From the NCBI GenBank assembly GCA_030390025.1, contig CM059425.1, positions 168,146,001 through 168,210,000 on the forward strand: a DNA stretch of 64,000 bases. Reading direction: 5' to 3'. This document shows positions 50,491 to 61,911 of this stretch, one piece after another (position 1 is the first letter of the stretch; each line of letters starts with the position of its first letter). A program made the translations under genes and the position numbers. Source of the stretch: Squalus acanthias (taxonomy: Eukaryota). The notes below the pieces were generated by a model, which was given only the letters and a program-made list of their open reading frames with translations, searched no databases and was not told the DNA's origin.

Positions 50491-51593
50491 AACTGTGGCT
50501 TTTTACTTTAGAAAAGACTGTGGGAAGATTTGATTGAGGCAGTTAAAATAATGAAGGAACAAGACTGTGGTGGTTAGACTAGTTGAATTAGATAGGTCAG
50601 GGAGAACCAGGAGCATGCATATCAGATACCAAAGCAGCTTTAGGTTAGATGTCAGGAGGCTTTCTTTACGTAGAGGGTCACCAACCTCTGGAACCAGTTG
50701 TCAGCTTGTGCAGTGAGAGCGGATTCGCAGCAAACGTTGAAAAGGGAGTTGGGTGGGGTCCTAGCTGAGGCTGATATTACTGCAGACAAAAGATGGGTGA
50801 GATTCTCAGCAATACGCCTCATGGTTACTGTGGTCTCCTGCTGTGGTCTGCTGCAACTCATTTTGATCCTCTTCGGGGGTCGGAGAGGAATTTCTTGGAA
50901 TTCATTTCTCTGAATTGGCATGGGGTTTTCTTCATTGTTGTATGTAGTGTGAACTAGAATCGCATACAGGTCAGATGGTCATCAGTGGACTATCCTCAAC
51001 CCACAAATTAACAGATTTTATTTAAACTCACAACCTCTATGTTGCTCATTCAGTAGTATAACCATTATACTACCGTACTTTGCACAAATCAATCAATAAA
51101 CATATGCCAAAATGTTGTAGAAAGAGACATGAGATGTTAATGTCACCTGGGCCTAATTTTAATGCTTCTGACATTTTTTACACCAGGTAGATAACTATAA
51201 AGTAGCAGAATCTAGCGGGCACCACAAACAGCATTTTAACAATTTATTGAAGAAGAACATGAGAAAGTTGTTGGAAGCCACCAGCCACGCTCCACACTCT
51301 AGCGCGAGAAAGATCAATGTAATACCTCACATACAGGGGACAGAAGAGACTGTTGGAAGCATCTGAATGGTGTCACCTCATAACCAAAAGGAAACTGCGT
51401 GCCATATAAAAGGGTAATTTTCGGGGTTTTAAACTAAACAGTGATAGATTGACTTGTCTAAGTATCATCTACAGTAACACCAATAAGGCAGAGACTTAAT
51501 AATTCAAGAATATACCTGCATGACATCACTGCTGACATATTTTACCAAAACTCCGATGAGGGAAATTTCCCCCTATTGTTCTGGAGTGACAAT

Positions 51594-52050
51594 CATAGGA
51601 ACATAGGAACTGGAGAAGGCCATTTAGCCCATCAAGCCTGTTCCACCATTCAATGAGATCATGGCTGATCTGTGACCTAACTCCATATACCCACCTTTGG
51701 CCCATATCCCTTAATACCTTTGGTTAACAAAAATCTATCAATCTCAGATTTAAAATTAACAATTGATCTAGCATCAGTTGCCATTTGCGGAAGAGAGTTC
51801 CAAACTTCTATCACCCTTTGTGTGTAGAAGTGTTTCCTAATTTCACTCCTGAAAGGCCTGGCTCTAATTTTTAGGCTACGTCCCCTAGTCCTAGAATCTC
51901 CAACCAGCAGAAATAGTTTCGCTCTATCTACCCTATCAGTTCCCCTTAATATCTTGAAAACTTCGATCAAATCACCCCTTAACCTTCTAAATTCCAGGGA
52001 ATACAACCCTAGTTTGTGTCATCTCTCCTCGTAATTTAAGTCTTGGAGTT
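51594..52050 (-). mobile_element. CR1 3' fragment (same subfamily as the 17055-21442 host)
   Basis: SLEFRRLRGDLIEVFKIL..KHFYTQRV; (CATAGGAA)n at the left end. Confidence 0.93.
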
Positions 52051-52294
52051 CCTTTCCCAGTCCCATAATCAAATAGGGGAATTTAGCCAGCTACACTTCA
52101 AATTTGTAGCGCTTTGAAAGGATCTAAAACCAGTAATCCCTAGATACTTTCCAAATACAGTTTGATCATCTTCAGGACCTCCCTCCAGACTGGATCTGAG
52201 AACCTTCTGCAGTTTCTAGCTTTCGCCTAGTCTGGATTTGCAAAGTCAAGCACTCATATCCTTGGACTGAATTTGCACATCTATTGATATATAA

Positions 52295-52447
52295 GGTGGG
52301 AATTTCCTAGGAGCTGCTCGCACTTTGCCGCTGTAATTTTGCCGGCAGTGCAGCAGAAACCCTGCTCGCGCGGACCAGGGATTCTGCCGCGTGTCCGGGA
52401 AAGTTACAGCGGCAGAGCCAGAGCAGCTCTGAGGAAATTCCTGACCA
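52295..52447. mobile_element. Short MITE
   Basis: GGAATTTCCT..GAGCTGCTC / GAGCAGCTC..AGGAAATTCC inverted ends. Confidence 0.65.
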
Positions 52448-53402
52448 TAGTCTCAGATCAAGCCCAAGTGTTCCTTCTTTCATCAACATATCTTCCTAAA
52501 TCTCACCCGAGGATATCTGGGTAATTATGGGAACTACGGAAAGGCTTAAATCATTCACTCTGTGGAGAAGTTCTAGCTACATGCTATTCCATAAGTCCCC
52601 AACAGGGTGTGCCACTAACGTACATGTTAAGCATGAGGATGAACCACTGGACTTCCTCTGTGCTTACTCCTCTTCCCCTCCCCCAAGAATTGGAAAAGTA
52701 CAAGAGCGTTGCTGCTGTGGGAAAAATAAAAATGAATCATTTTAGGCTTCTATTTCTGTTTGCTGTGTGAATTATTCACTCCACTGGGATAAGGGTGGGG
52801 TGGCTAAGATAACATTATGCCATGACGCATGGATCCAGAGAGCCCTGTAAATTCAAACATTATTCAAATCTGTAATGTATCCTAACAAAGTAAACAGCAT
52901 GCAGTGGAGCAAAATCCTAGTTATATCAGATCATTAGTGATTGAAGACAGTATCAAAAACAGCTGCATATAGCCTTGGCTTGTGGCCCTGGCAGCTGCTG
53001 CCTCGGGCATGGCTGCATTTCCCTTAGCTTTCATCAGGAATCAGTGGTAAGAGTTCATTCTTTTGCTTTCAAAAAACTTAGCTATATTAAGTGTAGGCGA
53101 AACTTGTTTTTGTTTTTTTTAACACAAGAGAGACGTACTGGAAAACTGAAGCGAAATTACTGCACACATTGCTGTTGGCAACATGCTCCCTGAATCATTT
53201 GCTCTTTTGCTTTAAGTTATGCTGGCCAGCACTGTTTTCCAAAATACATGAAAAATTTTGCACAATGTGAATGCAAATTGTATTTAAAAAATGGTTCTAC
53301 TGAATGGGAGGAACCTTTGACCCGACATATTTTGAGAGTACATCGTTAAATTTAAAACCTGAGCAATATTTTGTTTGCCAATTATCTCTACTGTCCTCTT
53401 AT

Positions 53403-53600
53403 TATCACAGAACCATGATTTTACAGCACAGAAGGAGGCCATTTGGCCCATAGTATCTGCAATAGCTCTCTGAAAGACCTGCCTACTTAATCCAATTCCC
53501 CTGCTCTTTCCCCAGACCCTTTGAATTTTTTTCATTGTCAAATATTTATCCACTTCCCTTTTAAAAGCTATTATGGATTTTGATTCCAATACGGTTTCTT
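53403..53600 (-). mobile_element. CR1 3' tail fragment
   Basis: ACAGCACAGAAGGAGGCCATTTGGCCCA. Confidence 0.75.
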
Positions 53601-54579
53601 CTCCAGAAAATGCTGACTCCTTCCTGTAGTACAGTTCCACAGGTTCCAGCTATCATCTAGTATCGTGCCCAAGGGACCACTTTTCATGTATAAGCCTTGA
53701 CATTGAGTGTTGCAAGCTATTCAACTGGAAAGGCATCATAGTCAACCCTGATGCTGTCCACACATGTATCCTTCCAGCATGGCTCATTGGAAACTCATTG
53801 GGAGTGGAAGCCAAAACAACTTCTCCCTCCATAATCAAAGGCAGTTAAAGCCAACTGAATGGGCCACTGGGAGAGCTAAGCTATTTTTAACATCATTTTA
53901 AAAAGAATATGGGCCTCCAGTTTTCTGCTGTTGAAGCTGCCTTGTATTTTTCCTCATTCAGACACATACAGATTGATCCATCTCTACTGTAACTGCCAAG
54001 AACATCAAACACAGCATTCCATTTAACAAGGCTCAGCTCATGACAAAGATCTCATGATCAGAATATGCTGTACACATCTGAAACTGATCCAGTGAGCCTG
54101 AAGTACAGCCTCAAGTGATTGATTTTTGTAAAAAAAAAGCAATTTGTTTGTTCTATAAATCCAAACCTAATGCCCAGGCAATACAAAATATGCTGTATAA
54201 TGTGCTCTATCACAGAATATATCAAAGCATAAAACAAGAGAAGGCCCATTCCTTTCTACAAGCTACCAGAGACTTGTTCTAATGCATCATGGGAGCTAAA
54301 TTGGATAGCCCCCGAAAACAGGTGTGGGGATCGTGATGCGCGATACACCTGCACCCGTTGGATGTAATGCAGCCAGCGCTAACCGCACTGTTGATTGGCA
54401 TCAGCAGGGGGTCCCAAAATCGATACTTGCTAGCGCTACTTAAAGCTTGACTGCACTGCTTAAAGCTAGACTGCACTGCTTAAAGCTAACCTGCACCTCT
54501 TAAAGAGGAGGTGCATTGTGACTGGAGCAGGTGCTGGGAGTCCTGTGTGAGCTGAATCTGACCTGGGAAAGACAGAAAA

Positions 54580-56380
54580 ATGGATGAACATGGGAGAGAG
54601 CGGACACCCAGGTTTTCCGACGCTGCACTGGAGGTCTTGGTGGAGGAGGTGGAAAGGAGAGACGTCCTGTATCCGCAGTGGGCCAGGAGGTCATCCAGAC
54701 ACATGATGAAAAGGCAGTGGGAGCTGATAGCCGTGGAGGTCAATGCCAGGAGTCTAGCCCCGTGGACCTGGATGTAATCTCACAAGAAGTTTAATGACCT
54801 CACACAAGTGGTCAAGGTCAGTGAATGCATCTTCAAATGCCGTATCTACCAACTGCACCACCAGCCTCGGCCACTGCTCAAATCACCACATCCCTATCAC
54901 TCACCTACTAGCAATCTCTAGCAATCAGGATTCATACCTAACATGCATATGCTTCACCTCACCCTCACACACTTGGCACTGTTGCAAGCCTCACACTCAC
55001 ATCTTGCACACACTGCTAGCTATTCAACCATGACAGCCACATCACCCAAACATATTGCATGACACTCACTGACACACTTCCCTCTCTCTTGCAGGAGAAG
55101 GTGGCGCACAACCGAAGGCAGCAGGAACTAACTGGAGGGGGAGTGGCACGCCTGCATGCACTAACCCCAATGGAGGAGACAGTGCCGGACATTATTGGAA
55201 TGGCCATTGCTGAGACTGTGGCCAGGGGCGAGGCTGAAACCATTGAAGATGACGGTATCCTCATACCTAATCCTCCTTCTCACATCCCACTTCCTCCTCA
55301 TCCACATCTTCTGACTTGCAAGCTGAAGATGGTGTAAGCATGCACCTCTTACTTTCCCCCCCGCCCTCACCACAACTTTACCCTTGTGCCTTTATCCTTT
55401 CAGATACCCAAGAAGTGCAACCTGGCCAAGCAGTGGAGGAAGACCAAGAAGGCAGTGATGGTGAAGACACAGCACTGTCACTCGATTTCACACTTGCAGC
55501 CACCAGCTTAGATACTGACACTGCGCATATCTTAGCGGCCAGATTAGAGGTGGGATCGGCACGTGGTGAGACACCGGGCACAAGTGCGCTGCAGCCAGGG
55601 CAGGGGGCAAGGATAGTGCAGGTGCCAGCTTGCCGGAGGGCGAGGTCGCAAACAAGTTCTGCTGCTGAGGACTCAGATGAGGACTTCGATGGGGCAGGCT
55701 ACAGAGGAAGGCTGATGGGTATACACAATGAAATGCTTGATGCATTTGGAAGCCTGCCAGAAAGCCCGCGTTCAATATCAAGGAGCATGGAGGAGTCCGG
55801 CACCAACTTGGCACATGGCTTTGTGCAGAGCTTGGAGCCCATCCTTTCCAGCATGGAAGTGGTGGCCAACTCTATTAGCACACTTGAGGACCCAACCATG
55901 ATGCAGCATCTGATAGTCGATGTCTCAGCTTCCATTGCAGAACTAGCAGCTTCTACCAAAAGTCTGAGTGCTGCAGTGGAAGCTCAGACTGAAGTCATGG
56001 AAGGTCAGCTTGCTGCCATGCAAGCTCAGACTATTGCCACCATGGCTGCAGATACCAGTGTTCAAAGGGGCTTGAAGGGTGTCGCAGCAGTCCAGCGATC
56101 TGTCCGCCAACAGATTGCTAGGATTGCTGAGGCACCTTCCCCAGGGGGAGTGGCAGTGGCTCCATGGACCAGGAGCCTGCTGTCCTCTCTCAGGATGACA
56201 GCATTCGTCCTCCCACCCCTGTCAGCCCAGACTGCTGCCGCCCATGCCGAGATGGTGCAGTCTGAAGCCGGGCCATCTAGGCCCAGAGTTGCTCGAGGTT
56301 GTCCTCCCAGGCCATCTGTTGTTTCCTCCACTGAAGCCTTCCACCAGCCATGCTGCAGCCACTGGGGTAGCACTGTGTAG
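54580..56380 (+). pseudogene. Three-exon Harbinger Myb/SANT-like gene (54580-54816, 55095-55254, 55404-56380)
   Basis: RTPRFSDAALEVLVEEV..QWELIAVEVNA..W..KKFNDL; GT-AG introns of phase 0 and 1 keep the frame; one internal TAA at 54775-54777. Confidence 0.88.
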
Positions 56381-56629
56381 GAGCACTAGGACATGCAAAG
56401 GCACACAGAAGATAGGCACTAAGGGAATGCACAAGGTTGATTAGTTTATGTTTGTATGCAATATGGCATGATTCCCTTCATAAATTTGGTTTGAAATGTT
56501 TATTTTGTGGTGGCTTTTATTTTTGTATTGTGGCCAAGATGACGATGTGATGATCAGTGACAGAGGGAAGGTATAAGGAGTGTGGGACTGTTGGCGAATG
56601 GGGAATTGGGGTTGCGGTTACTTTTATCA

Positions 56630-57010
56630 CACTAGAATGAGTTCTTCACATACAGCCCGGGCAGAAAGGGACTGTCTAGGTTACTGCCTCCCTTCATCTT
56701 CCTCCTCTTCCACCTCCTCCTCTTTCTTCTCTTCCTCCTCCTCCTCCTTCTCGTGCTCCTGCTCCTCTGCTTCTCGCCTGATAGCTGGTGGCAAGGGCTG
56801 TCCCCTCATAATGGCAAGGTTGTGCAGCACGCAGCATACCACCATGAATCTTGAGACCCATTCAACCGAGTACTGTAGTGCTCCTCCAGAGTAGTCCAGG
56901 CAGCGGAATCGTTGCTTCAGCAAGCCAATGATCTGCTCTATCACATTTCTTGTGGCAGCATGGCTCTCATTGTATGCATGCTGCGCGCGTGTGCGTGGGT
57001 TGCGAACCGG
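56630..57010 (-). pseudogene. HARBI1-like transposase C-terminus
   Basis: YNESHAATRNVIEQIIGLLKQRFRCLD..CCVLHNLA plus an acidic tail. Confidence 0.92.
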
Positions 57011-57447
57011 AGTGATTGACGTGCTGGCGTCAAATCAATGTTGCACACTGATTGACATCATTATCTGCCTGCTCTGCATACTTCCGGCAAACGTTCACTG
57101 TATGTGCGCTAACATCTGCACCAAGATGGCGTACGGCGAGTATCGCGTCACAAGTGTGTGCGTGCGCCACAGATGCCATTTTGCAGCTCTAAGGGCACTC
57201 GTAGTGTCCAAAAAATGGGCGCTACCGAGGCCAATTTCTCGCTCCACATCTCTTGAAAGAGATAAAAGTTTTAACTGTTGTTAGTTAAAAATAAAAAACC
57301 CTTACATTTCTCTGCCTCCCAAAGGCAGTTGAGTAAAAACTCCCAGATGGCATTATAGCACTTCTATCTACATTATTTAATCCTGACCAATTGGTCAGCT
57401 AAAGTAGTAAGACATGGGTATGGTTGTGATTTCCCATACTTTTAGAA

Positions 57448-58788
57448 ACAGTAATCAGGGACAATATTAACAGTCACTTGGACAAGTATGGATTAATTAA
57501 GGAAAGCTAGCACGGATTTGTTAAAGGCAAATCATGTTTAACTAACTTGATTGAGTTCTTTGATGAGGTAACAGAGAGGGTTGATGAGGGTAATGCAGTT
57601 GACGTAGTGTACATGGATTTCCAAAAGGCGTTCAACAAAGTGCCACATAATAGGCTTGCCAACAAAGTTGAAGCCCATGAAATAAAAGGGACAGTGGCAG
57701 CATGGATACGGAATTAGCTAAGTCATAGGAAACAGAGAGTAGTGGTGAACAATTGTTTTTCGGACTGGAGGAAGGTATACAGTGGTGTTCCTCAGGGGTC
57801 GGTTCTAGGACCACTGCTTTCCTTGATATATATTAATGACTTGGACGTGGGTGTACAGGACACAATTTCAAAATTTGCAGATGACACAAAACTTGGAAGT
57901 ATAGTGAAAAGTGAGGAGGAGAGTGATAGACTTCAGGAAGACATAGACAGGCTGATGAAATGGGCGAACACGTGGCAGATGAAATTTAATGCAGAAAAGT
58001 GTGAAGTGATACATTTTGGTAAAAAGAATGAGGAGAGGACATATAAACTATATGGTACAATCCTAAAAGGGGTGCGTGAACAGAGAGACCTGGGGGTATG
58101 TGTGCACAAATCGTTGAAGGTGGCAGGACAGGTTGAGAAAGCAGATAAAAAGGCTTACGGGATCCTGGGCTTCATAAATAGAGGTATAGAGTACAACAGT
58201 GTGGAAATTATGATGAACCTGTATAAAACACTGGTTCGGCCCCAACTGGAGTACTGTGTCCAATTCTGGGCACCACACTTTAGGAAGGATGGGAAGGACT
58301 TAGAGGGGGTGCAGAAAAGATTTATGAGAATGATTCCAGGAATGAGGGACTTCAGTTACGTTGATAGACTGGAGAAGCTGGGGTTGTTCTCCTTGGAGCA
58401 GAGAAGATTGAGAGGAGATTTGATGGAGCTGTTCAAAATCATGAGGGGTCTGGACAGAGTCGACAGAGGGAAACTGTTCCCATTGGCAGAAGGTTCAAGA
58501 ACCAGAGGACACAGATTTAAAGTGATTGACAAAAGAACCAAAGGCGACGTAAGAAAAAACTTTTTTACGCAGCGAGTGGTTAAGATCTGGAATGCACTGC
58601 CTGAAAGGGTGGTGGAGGCAGATTCAATCACGGCTTTCAAAAGGGAGTTGGATAAGTATCTGAAGGAAAGAAATTTGCAGGGCTACGGGGAACGGGCGGG
58701 GGAGTGGGACTAGCTGAAGTGCTCTTGCAGTGAGCCGGCACGGGCTCGACGGGCTGAATGGCCTTCTTCCATGTTGTAACCATTCTAT
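57448..58788 (+). mobile_element. 5'-truncated CR1
   Basis: 323-aa RT C-terminal ORF with GVPQGSVLGP and FADD; tail continues at 59681. Confidence 0.95.
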
Positions 58789-59680
58789 GGGGGAAAAATT
58801 CAGTATTGCCCCGTTTGGGGCGCAATTATCGGCCGGGCGCAAAGTTTAGCGCCTGCCGCTAATTATCGCCTCCGACTGCAAACTTGACTTTTATCGCCCC
58901 TGGAGGTGATTGCAGCGCTAAATCAGGCACTACACATCTGTCTTAAGGCGCAAAGGCCGAGGAGCGAGGCGCTAACTCAGAGTGCTGGCGAAGCTCATGT
59001 GATGTCAGTCAGCAATGGAACACAGACACAATGGCCCCGGCCAGTTCTTAAAGGGGAGGGTTGATCTTGCTTTCCATCCACATCCTGCTCATTGCAGCCT
59101 TGAATCTCGGCCTGGAGAAACCTCTACATCAAATCTGCTGGAAAGAACAAAGGAGAGCCCAGGGAAAGAGCTCAGAGTGCAGCCCCCACAGTCTCTTCTA
59201 AATCGATACAAGGAAGCTCAAATCAAAATGAACCTGCAAAGTGCTGCTCAGTACCCAAAACTCCTTCACACAGCGTTGAATCTCTCCAGAAGTCTCTCTC
59301 TCTCTCTCTCAGAATGCGTGGTGCAAAAATGTCACCAACAATAAAAGGCAGGAAGCGGTCGCCTTTAAATCGCACTCCCCCAGTCCCTTCCTGACTGCAA
59401 AACGCTCCCCTCCAGCTGTCGTTGCTAGCGGCAGGCGGTAAGGCAGGGGGCGCCACTCAATATCCGCTCCGGGGCGCTACCGGGGCATTGCATGCTCGAC
59501 TGACGTCACAATCTGCCGGCGCAGGAGATCGTGGCGGTAGTGTTTAGCGCCGCCGCAAAATGTCTAGTTAATTTTGCGAGCGGCGCAAACATCGCTGCGC
59601 CCGGGCACTAGTTGCGCTGCGCCCCATTAGCGCCCTCTTAAGGCGCTAACGGGAGGCGCAACCAACTGAATTTTTCCCCC
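58789..59680. mobile_element. Harbinger-type MITE inserted in the CR1 terminal microsatellite
   Basis: 16-bp perfect TIR GGGGGAAAAATTCAGT; TSD TAT. Confidence 0.92.
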
Positions 59681-61261
59681 TATGATTCTAATGAGAACCA
59701 TGTCTGACTGAGTTATCAGTAGGCAGCTGGCAGCAACAAGTGGAAACAATGCAGAACAATGATATGACCCATGCCACTCTTGCACGTCTCTGGCAAATAT
59801 TGGTGCATTGGTATAGGCATGCAAGCTGGCTTCTTGGTTTTCTCTAGTGTATGCTGCATGGAAACATGGCCGGTTATGGAGCCAAATAATTTGTAAAACA
59901 GGCATGGGTGACGGGGGGGGGCGGGGCGGGGAGGGGGGGGCGGTATGTGTGGAGTTGGTAATTTCAGAATCTGTAAGGCTGAGGTAAGCAGGAAATAGTT
60001 TAGCACTCATTTTCCTTACTTGGATTACTGTCCTCGATTTGTTCTAATCTTCAGGGAAATATCCTACTGGTGCTGTTAATATTTACCCCACCCATACTAT
60101 ATGAGCCTAACCCAGGATTTTAAACATAATGATACATGTTCCATCATTTTTGACAAAGGTAAGCTACAGTAAAAAAAAGAAATTCTTGATCAACTTATGG
60201 ATCAAATTTGTCTCTTCCATACTTAATTAAATAACCATAAAGTAACCTGTGGCTTCAAACTGGGATGGTGAAAGTAGAAACCTCATTGCAAAAATGCTCT
60301 GTCTGATCTGCTCAGTTGCTCTTTCATACGACTCCATGACTCGTTCGTTTCCAGGAAAGGGTGTGAGACGTGGCATAGTGTGGCTAGCTCACTGAGTCAT
60401 CAGAGTTGAGTGCACAGACAGGCTGCTTGTAGTATGAAGCCCAAAATCAAGGGCTGGACTTAATTCCCACTGCTCAGTGCTAACCATGGAAAGTTCCTTA
60501 TCAAACCAAAAGAATAATATGATTGGAATCACTCCAGTCACATGAAAAACATTTCCATAATTACAATTTCATGTATGATTTTTGCCTCTGTTCGTCATCA
60601 GCCTCCAGGACTACCAGAACACAACTGTCATTCCCCTGTGAAACCCTTGAGGTTTGTGATAACATTTTTACGTAGCGCCAAAAATAAATCCAGTTTAAAT
60701 GAAGTATTACAGTTCATTCAGTGGTTCTTACTGCTCTTTATCCACAGAGTGTAACTCCTGTAGCTGTGCTTGAAAATAAAAATACTCAACATGTTCACAT
60801 GCTGCAGCATGCAGAGGTAGTGGAGCTGCTCTGATATAGAATAGTCCATGACTACACGCTCAGCAATGTGCTGAAATTTATGACACTCCACTTCCCATGT
60901 CTTTCAATGGGAAATGGAGCTAATTAAAGTTACTTTCTTCATGAGGCTGTAGCAGCTGTTTATATAGACTCTAATCTGCAGCCAGAACCTTGTGAAACTC
61001 TTTAAACTGGTGCAGCTACAGTTTAGTATTTGAGAGTGTTGTAAACTTCAACACAGGCACAAGATTATACTGCCTCTCTCCTTCTCCATCATAGCTTCAA
61101 ATCTGCTTCGACACCATAAATTGTACTGGAACAAATTTGCTCCTAAGCTATTTCATCACTGTCCACCAACTTCTAACATAGCAAAGGAAAAGAAAGTGCT
61201 ATTTCATTCATTTATCCCCTTGCACCATGCTACCACCAGCAATAACACTGAGAAACACTTT

Positions 61262-61911
61262 GGCCTATAAATTGGATTTAACCCATTTTCTGGTGAAGAA
61301 TGGTTGGTGCGGTGTGGTGTATGCCAAAAACTCGACCAAAATTGGGCCTTGGGCCTCATCAGTATATCTCCAGCAAGCTGAGGGCGGCAATAAAGCATCC
61401 AAAGGCAGTGCACCGGACTCTGGAGCACCATTTTGGGCCAGTTGCTTCACCAGCAGTGGACATCAGAGAGGTCCAAGGGTGGGCGGGGGAGAGAACAGGA
61501 AAGAGGCAGTGAACTACATTAGTGCTGTGGAGCAGGGAGGAGCACTCCTGCTCCTCCTGGCTCCACATGAATGTAAGTTTAAAACGAATACTTACCTTTT
61601 TAGTGGCAGCCTTCAGTGGTCCCTTTAAGGACTATTGGTTAGGCTGCAGAAGGAACCAAAAAAAAGGCCCAGCGCTAACAAATTTCTGGGAGATGTCCTG
61701 AAGCAGTTGTTGGGACCCTCATTAACATAAGCATGGGGCCTAATGCCTGTTTTAGGCAGCTGCTGGGGAGGCCTGAATATTGCCGACCCAATATGGCATC
61801 AGACATATTTCAGACCGCCTTGGGGAGTGGGAGACAGCGCCGTGAATTTGGTGCTTTTTGCCCTCATTTTTCACCCAAAAGAGGGGCGCAACGGGGACCA
61901 ATTTGTCCCCC
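61262..61911. mobile_element. Degraded Harbinger-type MITE
   Basis: GGCCTATAAATTGG / CCAATTTGTCCCC ends; internal CCCTTTAAGG and GGCGC motifs shared with other MITEs here. Confidence 0.55.

Larger units (their letters stand above)
48070..50930 (+). mobile_element. Old CR1 hosting a hAT MITE and a second LINE
   Basis: YLDFQKAFDKVPH and LVRPHLEYCVQYWSP; resumes at about 50491. Confidence 0.85.
54291..57245. mobile_element. Harbinger element with a near-intact Myb/SANT gene and transposase 3' end (convergent)
   Basis: Ends GGAGCTAAATTGG / CCAATTTCTCGCTCC; two internal genes on opposite strands. Confidence 0.88.
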
